Position numbers and translations under genes: made by a program. DNA of 64,000 bases from Nemertoderma westbladi (lineage: Eukaryota; Animalia; Xenacoelomorpha): contig JAUCBJ010008112.1 in the NCBI GenBank assembly GCA_032718475.1, positions 3,660 to 67,659 on the forward strand. Reading direction: 5' to 3'. Of the stretch, positions 35,601-49,399 are shown in pieces. Under the pieces are notes generated by a model. The model ran no database searches. It worked only from the letters and a program-made list of their open reading frames with translations, and had not been told where the DNA came from. Each line of letters begins with the position of its first letter. Position 1 is the stretch's first letter.

Positions 35601-38600
35601 GAAGGCATCTCGATTGTCATCGGCAGTGGTACGCAGTACCGAACAAGCGTTCGAGGGGCTCGACATGATCCCGAAAGCCTGGATTGTCCTTCAGTACTCC
35701 ACCGGTTTTAGGTTGAGGTCTCCTTCAGGCCACCACAGAAATCGTAGGCTGTCTCGCTCCCTATCCAACGCCTTTACTTGTAGGAACATGCTTTCGATGT
35801 CCGAAGCGAACGCGATCGAATATTGCCGCAGTCTTAGTAATATTCCCAACAAAGATTGGAGTAAGTTGGGTCCCGGCAACAGTTCAGTATTCAGGGATTG
35901 ACCCATGTAAAGGGCGGAGCCGTCAAACACTACCCGGACTTCGTTGGGTTTACCGTGCTTGGGAACGTAATGATGTGTTAGATAATACGTTCTCTCCGTT
36001 ATGGGTGTTTCTTCCGGAACTCGCTCCGCGTATCCCTTATCTATAAATTTCTTCAGTTGGGTTTTATACATTTCCCTGGCTTGAATGTTAGACGTCAGAC
36101 GCCGATGTAGTTGAGCGATTCTTTTTTCCGCTAAAGGTCGGTTATTTACGAAGCTGGGTTCTCTCCGTCGGAACGGAAGACCAATCTCATAGCGACCTTC
36201 TTCCTTCAGATAACATGTAGTCGTTTCCGGAATCTGCTTGGCTCTCTCTTCCTCGACAGACAAGGCTTTGTCGTAGGAATTAGGCTCTACGGCTTCTTGA
36301 GTAAAGAATCGTACGGCGTGTTCATCGCGGATTTTGTTATTATATCGATCTATCACTTCGTTTAATTCATCGTTATAGGTAAATTGTTCACCATGTTGGT
36401 TGATAAGGTGACATAGGTTGACTTGGTTTAGCCAAGTTTGGTTCGCAGTGAGGAGATCAATGGTATTTTCCTCGTCGTAGAGGTTGCTTATGTCGTCGTT
36501 ATCTGAGGAGTATGGGGTTTCATCAGCTGGGATTTCTTCTTCACTTATATCTTCCTGCCATTCACTCACCTGGTGGACTCGTTCACTTGGGAGTCTTTCC
36601 AGTAAGGTCCTATGGGAAGGTCCAGTGAAGTACCAACCTACTCTTGTTCTTCCCGCATACGTCTGGAGTGGTCGCGGTCGAGCAGGCCATTTTTCTAATG
36701 TCTCAAGCGCCTCGTGCGCATTTTGGCCGAGTAAAATCTGTACCCCTGGATAATCGGTCCTGAATCTAGGTATGTTGTGTTGCTTTGTAAAATGATCTTC
36801 ATCCCAGTTGTAAGGCTCCACTTGGCTAGTAGCAAAGTTCTTTATCGCCACCATCTTGACCGACCTTACACTATTTTCTCCTAGTTCATCCTGGGGAGTG
36901 CACAACGCTCCCACGTAGTAATCTGTGGCTACTGTGGATTTCCAAACCTGCATAATTCCAGAAAGATTCTGTTTGGTTCGGAACTTTGGTTGACCATCAA
37001 AGATGTCTTCGGCTAGATCCTTGTCGATGAAGGCGCCTGTACTGCCGGAGTCAAGGAGGGCGTTTACTATCAAGCTCTTCCCTATCCCATGGACCCTCAG
37101 TTGCATCACCGGGAATTCTCGGATACCTACAGATGAAGTTGGCGCTTTACCAGAGAGCGGTCTTTCTGGAATAGGCAGTAGAGGATCTTCTCCATCTGTT
37201 TCTGTCTCGTATGTAAGTGCTCGATACACAGCTGTGTTGATCATATAACAGGATTCATTTTCGTCGGAGAATTCATCCATGTAGAATCCTTCCATCTCCG
37301 AACTATGGTCAGTGTCGTTCACATCACTGAATTGGACATTCGGGCTCACTTACCTGACTCGTACAGGTTCTGTCAAATTCGGTGTGCAGCAAGATATGAT
37401 GTTTCGCGCCGCACTTCGCACACCTTGCGTCCGAATAACAGGTCCGTCGTTGATGTCCTCGTCTGAGGCAATTATAACACAACCGCTTATCCCACATGAC
37501 GTCACGCCTATCCTTCAGGGATTTCTTTAAGAATTCATCACACCCACTCAAGCCATGTGGCCCGTCGCACAATACACATTTAGGTTTGATGTTACTTACC
37601 TTAACCTGCGTTGTGTTGTGCACACTTGTTCTTTCTTCAGGCTTTCTTCCATGAATTCTCTTAGGAGACATAGGGGGAGTTGTTACCTGTTCTCTCCTGC
37701 CACTGGTTTGAGACTTAGATTTACTTACGTCTTTCCTAACTTTATTGACATAATAAGATCTTTCGGTGTCCGTATAACACACTGGTGTTACCTCTTTCAT
37801 AGTAACGGCTTTTTCACTTACCTTACTTTCCAGAGTCTTCTCTCTAGACTGTTTTAGGAGTTGTAATCTTACCTCTCTGTTTAAGAATGACAGAAGGTCC
37901 GCCATGGTTGGATCTCTATGTTGTTGGTCCATCAGATAGAGAACCTTTTTGTCCCAGCGAGTACCTACTCCACCCTTTGGCAAAGTTGATGCTACAGCTC
38001 CTACAACCATAGAATTCTGGTATTCATGAGACTTACCCAACCAGTCTAGCTGTTTACAGATCTCCTGAATCTCATCGGAAAACTCTATAATCCCGCTGCT
38101 AAGAAACTTTCTGGGCGCCATTAATTTCGCATAAAGATATCTAGCTATGTTTGTCCTATTACCATACCTGATGTTTAGTGTATCCCAAACTTGTCTTAAT
38201 CCGTCTGGATGTCCAATAAACTTTAACGCCATTAACTTGGGAGGTCCTTCCAAGCACTTGATGAGGAATCGAAGTTTCTCTCCGTTAGATAGTACAGAGT
38301 TCTGTATGATATCTTTATAATATTCATTAAAAAGTAACCATTTCATCTCATCTCCATTGAACTTGACGACCTCTCCTACCTTTACTGCTTGACGGGCTTC
38401 CGTTCTAGCCATCTGACGTGTAAAACTTTCTTGAGCCATCGTATTATTTAATATCGAATTATCGGTATATAAATTTCTCGGATTATGATCAGATCTGTAT
38501 GGGATATCATTATCAACAGTCTTATAATTACCCTTAATAGGGTTTACTATAGGAGTTTCTACTTCGCTAGCAGTATAGATGTGTGTAGGCTCCACACCTT

Positions 38601-40134
38601 GCGCATGAAATACTTCAGACCTAATGGGCTGACACATTGTTACATGGGGTGGTGGTATACCCATTTGCATATTTACTAATTTATCGCGCTCTAAAGCGAT
38701 ACTTTGTTGTACTTCTTGCAGCTCTAACCTACTCTCTCTTACTGTTCCCTTTAACAGTTGAACAGTCCCTTCCAATTCTCGGACTTGCTCGGAAGATTTG
38801 TTTTTGTTACCTTCCAGCTGCCCGAGCAGCCATTCCATCCCCCGTCGTCCCTCGTCCACCCACTCAACCGCGGAGGCGGGAGATGCCAACTTAGTAGCTG
38901 GATGGCACATCGGGACGACGGGAGACAGTTTGTTGATAATGTCTTGTTCGGCGTCTAGGACTGTTTGGGATTCCGTCAGTTGTCTACTGGGCACAGGTAG
39001 TTTAGTACTGTGCAAAGGGAATTTAGAGTTAGGTTCTGGAAGTACAGGGGTCTCTATCATAGGAGTGGCTTCGCTAACAGGCCTAATTATTTCGGGCTCA
39101 TCTACTATAGTAAGGAGTCTTTCTACTCTAATAATTTGGTCTGTAGGTTCTTGATGACTTAAGTCTGCATTAGCTAGTTGCCTTCTCACCACAGGAGGCA
39201 AATTAGGTACTTCTGCCGGTGTGGCGCTCTTCTACATCCACTTGAACGAGATTTATTACCTTTACCCTCGGGATCCGTTGTATCACCTTCATCAGAGGAG
39301 GTAAATCCCTGTCTTCTGGGAGTAGATCGACTCAGTAGTTGCATCTGAGTAGCTGCTCTCTGTTTATTTAAGTAATCTTGTTTCGCCTGAAGATTCTCCA
39401 ACTCTAGTTGGGTTGTCGCTTCAGATGCTCATCGTTCTGCTTCTGCCACTGCCGCTGCTGCTACCGCTTTTCTTTCGGCCTCTGCCACTGCCGCTGCCGC
39501 TGCCGCCGCTGCTGCTAACTTTCGATCTTCTATTTGCCTTTTCTTTATTTGTTCTTCTTGGTCCATTACGATGAGGATGCTTTCAGCAAATTTAGCCTCC
39601 TCCGCAGCTAATATTTCCGCATCTAAAGAGTCCAACCCGAATTTGGCTCCCTCACTATTGGGATGAATTCCAGCTAGCCGTCTTCTTAGCTCTTTGTCAC
39701 CTATAAATCGTTGATAATCCGACAGATAGATGTCAATAGCATCCTTCTTTTGAGGTTTTCCGGATATCGCTTCGCCTTCCACATGAGAAAAGGTGGCATC
39801 TGTTGATTCTCCGTGGGTAGCTCGTTCAGTTAGCTGAACCCTCCATTGTGTTGTTCCCTGGACTTTAACATTCACTCGTTGGAACCAAGTCTTTACAGCC
39901 ACTTGCAACGACGTGTCTTGGCTTCTCTTCGAGGCTTCCTCAAAGGCTGAAAGGATTAATCTGATCCGCAAGATACGTTCTCGCACTTGATAAAGCAGCT
40001 CTCCCTGCTCTTGAGGTCCTTTTGGTTGTTGGAATAAATGCTCTTCTAGTCGTTCCAAGGAGTTGAAGAATCCCTGGACATATCCTGCTGCTGACCTCTA
40101 AGTCGTCTAATAGTGTCTGACAGGAACGAAGCAC
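32675..40134 (-). pseudogene. Element A gag-pol with integrase, frameshifted
   Basis: Gag KFNGDEMKW, CYNCLRRGHQRRTC. PR LLDSGS. RT SDIESMFLQV, IYMDD. RH FGDAS, NPADLASRG. IN HSRLYH..CIPC, GVDLFGP, RSDKGTNF, WERLIRSVK. Frameshifts near 39200, 37340 and 35400, plus two in-frame TGA codons. Confidence 0.93.
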
Positions 40135-40370
40135 ACCATCGAGCTAAAATTATATACAACGGGGTCTAATAGTGTCTGACAGGAACGAAGCACACCATCG
40201 AGCTAAAATTATATACAACGGGGTCTAATAGTGTCTGACAGGAACGAAGCACACCATCGAGCTAAAATTATATACAACGGGGTCTAATAGTGTCTGACAG
40301 GAACGAAGCACACCATCGAGCTAAAATTATATACAACGGGGTCTAATAGTGTCTGACAGGAACGAAGCAC
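40106..40370. repeat. 59-bp tandem repeat (~4.5 copies) at the 5' truncation point of element A
   Basis: TCTAATAGTGTCTGACAGGAACGAAGCAC... starts at 40106, 40165, 40224, 40283 and 40342. Confidence 0.92.
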
Positions 40371-41455
40371 GGTAGATTGGCAGACAGATATTCAATGATA
40401 ACTCAAGAACTAAAGGTGATCTCTTTAATTAAGCCGTTTTCAGATTTGAAATTCTCATTAAATTATACTATAAATGCAATAAAAATCAACTTTCTGAAAT
40501 TTAGAACCTTAGAACCAGAGGGCTACCCCCCCCCCCCCCCCCCCCCTAACTTAAAATACATTTGTAATCATGTTATATTCCGCATTGCGTATTTATTCTA
40601 GAACACTATTTATCTTACGACAGATGTTTTACATAGTAACAACAATAAATTAACATTCAGAGGTTTGAGATACTGGTCAATATAAGTAAGGAAAATCTAA
40701 GATAGAAACAATTTTTGTAATTTATTGAAAATAAGTATTATGTTTGCAGTAGCCTAAGGAATGGGTTACTAATTTTGTAACATTGTACGTGTCGTGTTAT
40801 TGCACATGCACACACTGTTACTGGTAATACATGCATAGCTCGTAGTGCATTTGGAGTACACTGTGGTGGACTCGTAGTGGTGGCTCACTCGTAGTGGACT
40901 GTGGCCAAGTAATGCACCGATATAGGCCTACCTCTCTCACCTCAGGAATACATTCTACCAGCTAGCTAACATTCTCTAGAATTTGTCCTCAATTAGCCGC
41001 AGAAGTGAGTTCGAATGTGGACGTCGTGGCCGTTGCATTTAGGACCCTGCAGTGGTCACCCAAACTTATATTTTACATTTGCATTAATCAGTTTCAGTTT
41101 TATTTTGATAATATATTACTTTACACGCTATTGCAGGCCTTGTCCGCACACTTGCAATACAAATTGCAACGTAGGCTGTAGGCTATACAGTAGTGGTGGC
41201 TGAATATTGTCTGTGCAGTAGCTCTCCCATACGTTTGCAAACATTATACGCTCTTCTTACACCATGTCCTGCAATATAGTGTCCTAATTCAGTGACATGG
41301 AAAATGTTTTTCGACAAATCTTAAGGAGGGTGTGCTTGTTGTGTTGTTAATGGTTTTGTGCTTTCTTGGTGCTAGATAGAATATTCACAGACATTCTTAC
41401 TTATTATCTCAGAATGACATTTTTTCATTTTTAAAACACTACCGGTACTCCTCAT

Positions 41456-42556
41456 TAGATCACTCATGGTGGTGAACAGGCATTACTTTAGGAAACAGAG
41501 TGGAGGGGTTTACTGTGGAAGATCACCCATGGTGGTGAACAGGCATTATTTTGGGAAGCAGAGTGGAAGGGTTCCACCTTGGTGTAGTGGTCGCATTGAA
41601 TTCACATCTCCCGTAGGTCGTGGGTTCGATCCTCACATGGGCCAGGGTAGTTTTCGTTTCGGCACGAATGCTTTAAAGGGACCAGCCAGGGCGCTTCTCT
41701 GCCTTGCATCTTTAATTGGTAGCTAAATGAGTACTGGAGTTTCCTCTGGGGAGTAAAGTTCTGGGGGGACCGCACTGGAAATAAGTCGTCAGACTTTGTG
41801 CGTAATCCCTGGCCTAGCGGCCGAAGAAAATTTACTTGTTTGAATGGTTTACTGTGGAAGATCACCCATGCTGGTGAACAGGCATTCCTTTAGAAACAGA
41901 GTGGACGGGTTTACTGTGGAAGATAATCCATGGTGGTGAACAGGCATTCCTTTGGAAAACAGAGTGGAAGGGTTTACTGTAGAAGATCACCCATGCTGGT
42001 GAACAGGCATTCCTTTAGAAACAGAGTGGAAGGGTTTACTGTAGAAGATCACCCACGCTGGTGAACAGGCATTCCTTTAGAAACAGAGTGGACGGGTTTA
42101 CTGTGGAAGATAATCCATGGTGGTGAACAGGCATTCCTTTGGAAAACAGAGTGGAAGGGTTTACTGTAGAAGATCACCCATGCTGGTGAACAGGCATTCC
42201 TTTGGAAACAGAGTGGAAGGGTTTACTGTGGAAGATCATCCATGGTGGTGAACAGGAATTCCTTTGGAAAATAGAGTGGAAGGGTTTACTGTATCACCCA
42301 TGGTGGTGAACAGACATTCCTTTAGAAACAGAGTGGAAGGGTTTACTCTGGAAAATCACCCATGGTGGTGAACAGGCATTCCTTTGGAAAACAGAGTGGA
42401 AGGGTTTACTGTAGAAGATCACCTATGGTGGTGAACAGGCATTCCATTACAGACTGAGTGGAATGGATTACGGTGGAAGATCACCCATGGTGGTGTGGTG
42501 AACAGGCATTCCTTTGAGAAACAGAGTGGAAGGGTTTACTGTGGAAGATCACCCAT
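41456..42556. repeat. second array of the ~63-bp satellite
   Basis: Same unit and orientation as 1-510, about 13 units, interrupted by a SINE. Confidence 0.95.
41574..41845 (+). mobile_element. tRNA-derived SINE inserted in the satellite
   Basis: A box TGGTGTAGTGG, B box GGGTTCGATCC, ~270-bp body. Splits one satellite unit at GAAGGGTT|...|GGTTTACTG. Confidence 0.8.
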
Positions 42557-45500
42557 TCCTTGCAGCATTGCATTCCTTGGCTTAACGAGCAGAAAAGCTT
42601 CTCCCATTCATATAGATATACTATTTTTAAGTCTAGTCCCGCCGTGCTCCCAACAAAGTGCGAGGGTTACAGTACTCCCATGCACAGAGCTGTAAGTCCG
42701 ATGGGCTCATAATTAAGAGACATGATGAGGTTCAGTAGGTTTTTTGGGACCTCTTGGTAGACCAGTACAGGGTAATAAATAATTATTGTGACAAAACAAT
42801 AGAATGAATAGACAAAACTACATTTTTGTAGTGCACAATCGTCCACGTACATGTGCGAAGGAAACTACTAGAAATTCTAGAACGTAGTTATATTGTTAGG
42901 AACCAAGAAGTTCTAAGTAGGCCAAGACGCCGGAATTTACTAGCTAACTTTGCACTTTTTCACTTTACGAGATAGCCCCAGACTTCCTAAACTATTGTTT
43001 TTGACGCCTTGGGATATACCCCTGTAATTTTTTCCTGCTACTTAGTTTTTTATATATTTTAGACTCGAATTTTTCTATGTCGCGTTATCTATTTATTTTA
43101 AAAGATATTGTTGTTTTAGGATTAATTAATAATTGTAACAGTTCCGTATAGCATTACATTTTTATAACATAAATGATTGTTACCATGGTAACATTATTGA
43201 GTTCTAGAACAAAATATATATAATAAACACTATTCTAGAACATAAATAATATAAAAAATATAATGTTCTAGAACATATAGCTATTTATTTTTCAAATTTA
43301 AAATAGCTAGTAATAGAAAAAAAATATTTATTTATATTATTTACCGGTATTTAGGCCTATTAAAAATGTATCTACCAAATTGTATATTTTTTTAAATTTA
43401 CAGTACTAGCTATATTAAAATTAATGATAATAATAATTAATAATAATAAATTAATAATTAATAATTAATAAATTAATGATAATTAATTATGACCCACTGT
43501 GTGTGTGAATTCTATGGCCAGAGTGAGGGGTAGGCTACTTTGTATTATTCGATTGATTCGCAAAGTGAAAATCGCGCTGATTGGCCAAAATACAAACTCT
43601 ACGCATAAAGAAACAGCTGGCAAGTTTCGTCATGTTAGTTCTGGATTAAGACAGACGCGTAGTTGCATAAGTTTATACTTCATCCAACACCTTAAAACAA
43701 TGTTGGCCTTTTTTTAGAGTAGTTCGCGAATTGCACAAAAACGACACATTTATGCCGCAAAAGTTTCAACAATATACCTAGTTATTTTTCAAATTTAGAA
43801 TAGTTAGCGGTAGTAATACAAATTTTTATTTATTTATATTATTTATTGTTAAAATTAACATTATTTACCGCTCAGCCATTGGCGGTAAATAAGATTTGCA
43901 TTATTTACCTAGGTAAGTGGGGATTATTGCTCTTCAATCAGTCAACTTTGTACTGTAATACATACCATTCTGGGGCATTTTAATTATTTAATGAGTAGCT
44001 ACGACTAGTAAAATGACATTAATTAATAATCTTCAAATAAATAATATGTTCCAGAATATTGTGTATTAGATATAATAAATGGTCTGCCCTGCAGGCGGCC
44101 TGTATCGGATGCAAATACCTGCACATTTTGGAACGGCCATTCTCAACTATTTCTCAACGACATTTACATTTATTTACAAATTTGGAATCCTTGCAACGAA
44201 ACTTTTCCCTTGGTGTCAACAAATCAAAATAAGGACGAAGAATAACTGCGGTGTGACTGGTGCAATGTTTAATTACTTATTAAACAATAATATCTTTTAA
44301 TAATTATAATAATAAAGGGGTGAATTTAACGATACAATTACATATTGTAGGATAAATAAAACACGTTATTAACCTTTTCGCCCCTCGATCTGACTTATTT
44401 AGTACGGTACTAGTGAGTTTTGTGCACAGCCCCCCTCAAATTTTTTTTTATACTAGCTAGTGTTTGTTACTTTTTTTTTTAAGTTCTAAAACATACAGTA
44501 TAGCCTAATCTATTCATTTAATTCTATCCATTCATACTCCCCCCCCCCCCCCCCCCCATGAACCTTTTTTTAAAATGGCTGTCAATTAGTCTTAAATGAT
44601 AATATTGCTATTTTGTTATGGTCAACCACAGTATGGAAGGCCAAATAGCCTTTATAGTAAAATTTGAAAATTTGTAGCCTCCCCCTAGCGGCTGGCAGCG
44701 GAATTAAAGATTTCACTAAAATTGCTACTAGTCCCTCAATTTTGGTCCAAATTTCTTGCAACCAACTTTTTCGTACTCAGCGTGATCAACTCTACAAAAG
44801 TTATCTTGTAGAATTTTTAATTAGCCAATTTTATTTTAATTAATTAATTTAATTAATTAATTATCATATTTTTAATTAAAAATGGCTAATTATAAAAAAT
44901 GGTAATATTTATCAAAATTCCATAAGATAACTTTTAAAGAGCTACCAAAGCTCGTTTGAATGAGCCATAAACTAAGAAAATTAGTTGAAAAATGACGGAG
45001 GAGTAGTAATTCGAAAATGAAAAATGTCATTCCGAGAAAATGCCCTTCAAAGTTTAAACCGTCCCGCCAAAATTGGCTGTCTGTGTTCTGGTTGGTTAAT
45101 TATTTCTGGCACGAATGATGCACTTCAACGAGCTAAAATGTTCATTACTGGGGTTTTCGGGGTCGCTGATTTTATTTCCGATGTCAGTTTTAATTTTTGG
45201 TGGAATCTAGTCTATCTGTCTGTCTGTCGGTCTTCTGTCTCTCTTACAATTTGACGGACAGACCGTCATACGGAAAAAAGGTGATAACTCGAGAACCGAA
45301 AGAAGTCTCACTAAGCAGTTTTCAGATTTGTAATCCTCATTAAATTCTACTCTAGGTGAAATAAAGAAACAATAATTTGAAAATTTTACCTGTGGGGGGT
45401 ATACACCCCCCCCCCCCCCCCTTAATATAAAAATGTTGTTATAGAACAATTATATTTTTTGTTCTAGAACAAAAAATAGAAAAAAACAAGCTAATTTGTT

Positions 45501-45699
45501 CATCTTTTAAATTTTTTATCGTATGTTATCTTTGTATAAATTTATTTAAACTAGCTAGTTTTTGTTTCCTTTTTAAAAAAAGGTTCTAGGTACTAGTGTG
45601 TTTTGTGCACACACCCCCTCAAATATTTTATACTAGCTAGTTTTCGTTACTTTTTTAATGTTCTAGAACATATTGTTTATTCATTTTTTTTATTAATTT

Positions 45700-45800
45700 T
45701 GTTCTAGAACAAATAATTGTTGTTCTAGAACAAATAATTGTTGTTCTAGAACAAATAATTGTTGTTCTAGAACAAATAATTGTTGTTCTAGAACAAAATT
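45700..45800. repeat. ~22-bp tandem repeat containing TTCTAGAA
   Basis: GTTCTAGAACAAATAATTGTT repeated about 4 times. Confidence 0.8.
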
Positions 45801-46976
45801 AATTAATTAGGTATTTTTGAAGTTATCAAAGCTATTTTTTTTTTCTCAAATGTTCTAGAACATTTCGTCTATTTATTTTTGTAAAAAGTTGTAAAATGTT
45901 CTAGAACAAATATTTTTTGTTCTACAGTAGGACATTTAAAAAAATGTTATTTTGTGGTGTTTTTATTTGATTAGTAAGTGTTAAAAAGAATTACTAACAA
46001 CTACTAATTTTCATTGTAGTTAGTGATTTTTATTACATATGTGATACAAAGATAACATAGAATAAAAAATTATCAAAATTTACAAATTTATATATTTAAT
46101 GAATAGATAATATGCAAAATGAAAATGTTGGCACGGGCGGAACTCTAGCCATAAGTTGGAAGGGGTGTGCCCAAAACAGAGTAGTATCGAAAACATCTCC
46201 ACTATATGTTCAGTATCTTATCTTAATTTATTCAATTTTAAGTACTGTAAAGTATACCTGTAGTTGCCATTTCAATTATAAATGGATACATTGTTTTGAT
46301 GTACCGGTAACTAACTTATGCAAGTGTCATAGCGACATGGATAGTCTGTCCTGTAAATGCAACGATAACGAAACGATTAATGAAACGATTTATCTTGCCA
46401 TGACGACATGATTGTCCTACAGTTATTACGGCATCATCAACAACAATTACAGTGAGTTTTGCACATGTCGAGCCTTCATATTCTTGAATATAATGTCTTT
46501 ATTGTTATCTGACGTTTCCATAACAACCTGGACAGCATCGAATGTAGTGTGGTAATTTGACCACGTAACCTATCATGTTTTATGGTTTCTTTAATACTCT
46601 ATAATATATTTCATTCTTTCAAAAATGTTGATCCGTATAATTAAATGCAGAGGAGCCCTGTCTGTATTTGTTTTATGTATGTTATGTATGCTATGTTGCT
46701 TAGCTTTTATCACCTTTACTACTGCAGCTGAGATAATCGAGCTTTATATTTCTATTGCCAACAGAATCCTACAGGAACGCAACCTGAAACCCTCAGACTG
46801 ACCGCAGTATGACCGAACCGTCGACCTCGAGGTGTTTAATTGTATTCGCTAACCAGTCGCTGAACTAATATGAAAATATTAGTTTTTTTTTAAATAATTA
46901 ATAATAAATATTAGTTGTTTTTTATACTTTAATTATGTGTTATTTTGTTCAAAACTATTAAGAATTATTACATATA

Positions 46977-49142
46977 CACCATGACCCGTAATATAGTGTC
47001 ATTTTCTGATGACACGGACCCCCCCCCCCCCCCCAAATTTTTCTTCAAATCTTTATCATATTGCTTGAAATTTGAAACACAACTAGTTCAACTCACCGTG
47101 GTTGTTACCATGAAACCGGAATTTTCGATTTCGCCTTTAAATTTTATTTATAAGCGTTTTAAAAAAGTGTCTTTTGCGAAATCGCACCCTCCTGTATCAT
47201 TGCCATTCTTCACTTCAGTCGTATTTTTTTCATATCAATAAAAAGCTTGCGTTGCAAGGATTCCAAATATGTAACAATGTCTGAATTTCGTTGAGAAACA
47301 GCTGAGATATAGGCGTTCAAAGATTGCAAGAATTATTGTTCACTGCAGGCCATTTATTCTATTTAATAAATACACAATATTCTGGAACAATTTGTTTATG
47401 TATGATTAGCTACGCAATATAGATATTGTATAGGCATACCGCTGTTGCCTACCAACTCATAAAATAAATAACACGTTCTAGAATTTTGTGTATTTATTAA
47501 ATAGAATAAATGGCTTGCAGCGAACAATAATTCTTGCAATCTTTGAACGCCTATTTCTCAGCTGTTTCTCAATGAAATTCAGATATTGCTACATATTTGG
47601 AATCCTTTCAACGCAAGCTTTCTATTGATGTGAAAAAATTACGACTAAAGTGAAGAATGGCAATGATACAGAGGGTGCGATTTCGCAAAAGACACTTTTT
47701 TAAAACGCTTATAAATAAAATTTAAAGGCGAAATCGAAAATTCCGGCTTCATGGTAACAACCACGGTGAGTTGAACTAGTTGTGTTTCAAATTTCAAGCA
47801 ATATGATAAAGATTTGTAGAAAAATTTGGGGGGGGGGGGGGGGGGTCCGTGTCATCAGAAAATGACACTATATTACGGATAATTGAATGTACCGACATAC
47901 TGGTGATGTATATATTAACTTTAAGGTAAACACTAGAGTCTTACACCCTTTAACTACAAAAAAAATATAGAATCAGGACATTAAGCCCAAAATACCTTCC
48001 AGACCCTAAGGCCATCAAGGAACACAAAACAAAACAAACAAAAAACACAAACACAAGTATAGTATCAGGACATTAAGCCCAAAATACCTTCCAGACCCTA
48101 AGGCCATCAAGGAACACAAAACAAAACAAACAAAAAACACAAACAAAATATATTATACCATGCTCCACATACAAGTATGTATCGCAACCCTAACCCTAAA
48201 ACCTAGCCGCCATACACTAAATGATACCGGTATTAAACTGCACAAAAGCTAAGCCTATATTCTATAAGAAAATATATGACATTTTTGTCGCCGTGAAAGA
48301 GGTATGACTAAAACAAAATAATTAATTTGTTAAAAATATGGTTGCGTTTCGGCGTCTACGACCAGTACGCGCTAATCCTCGACACCTCATCAGCTGGACA
48401 GGGAATTAGCCAAGCCTAACTATATTGCACCATTGACCTAAATTAATCGCACCATCAACTCAGTTACCACTCAGCCCAAACAGACTTCAGACCTCAGAAC
48501 ATTGGAACACTATAGGCCTACAGTAAGTAAACATGTAACCAATGGAAAACTGGTAGTTTGCTAGAGCAAACACACAGCACAAAAATTATATAAGATTTAA
48601 CAACATGCAGTGATGCCGGAGTTCTGCTCTATCCCAGTAAAAATTTGGGATATTCATATGTGATAATTGAATGTACCGACATACTGACTAACAGGGGGTT
48701 GTGATGTATATATTAACTTTAAGGTAAACACTAGAGTCTTACACCCTTTAACTACAAAAAAAATATAGAATATATATGTGGAGCATGGTATAATATATTT
48801 TGTTTGTGTTTTTTGTTTGTTTTGTTTTGTGTTTCTTGATGGCCTTAGGGTCTGGAAGGTATTTTGGGCTTAATGTCCTGATACTATACTTTTGTTTGTG
48901 TTTTTTGTTTGTTTTGTTTTGTGTTTCTTGATGGCCTTAGGGTCTGGAAGGTATTTTGGGCTTAATGTCCTGATACTATACTTTTGTTTGTGTTTTTTGT
49001 TTGTTTTGTTTTGTGTTCCTTGATGGCCTTAGGGTCTGGAAGGTATTTTGGGCTTAATGTCCTGATTCTATATTTTTTTTGTAGTTAAAGGGTGTAAGAC
49101 TCTAGTGTTTACCTTAAAGTTACTATATTACGGGTCATGGTG
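46977..49142. mobile_element. palindromic MITE with ~400-bp inverted arms and TA-flanked CACC...GGTG ends, right end interrupted by an insertion
   Basis: 46977-47380 is the reverse complement of ~47490-47878 plus 49134-49142. TATA flanks both ends. Confidence 0.85.
47879..49121. mobile_element. non-coding insertion with 12-bp TSD, direct and inverted 92-bp repeats and a hammerhead-like core (Penelope-like remnant or retrozyme candidate)
   Basis: ACTATATTACGG is duplicated at 47867-47878 and 49122-49133. The start is repeated at ~48662 and inverted at the end. Minus strand has CTGATGA-GGTGTC...GACGCC-GAAAC. Confidence 0.55.
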
Positions 49143-49399
49143 TATATCAAATAATTATTGAATGATTAAATTTAATTTTAAAATAGTGTTATAAGTTATC
49201 AAATGCTTTAATCAAATATGAAGCTTTATCTTAAACCCAAGATATGCGAGAGATTTAAGGATGAACTACTGTATCCCTATCAGGATGAACTTGTTTCACA
49301 ATATTTTGCGGGCATCCCCATACTACTAGGATCGGCATGCTGCATTGCAGCTGCATTTTTAAGAATGCTGTGCCGGCTTATCGACAAAATTGCACCGCC

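Larger units (their letters stand above)
9397..40134 (-). mobile_element. Element A: 5'-truncated Bel/Pao LTR retrotransposon with gag-pol-IN plus an extra 3' ORF, interrupted by element B
   Basis: Collinear on the minus strand: gag-pol (40134-32675), spacer split by B, ORF2 (14832-10572), PPT-like GGGAGCAG, 3' LTR (10493-9397). Confidence 0.85.
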
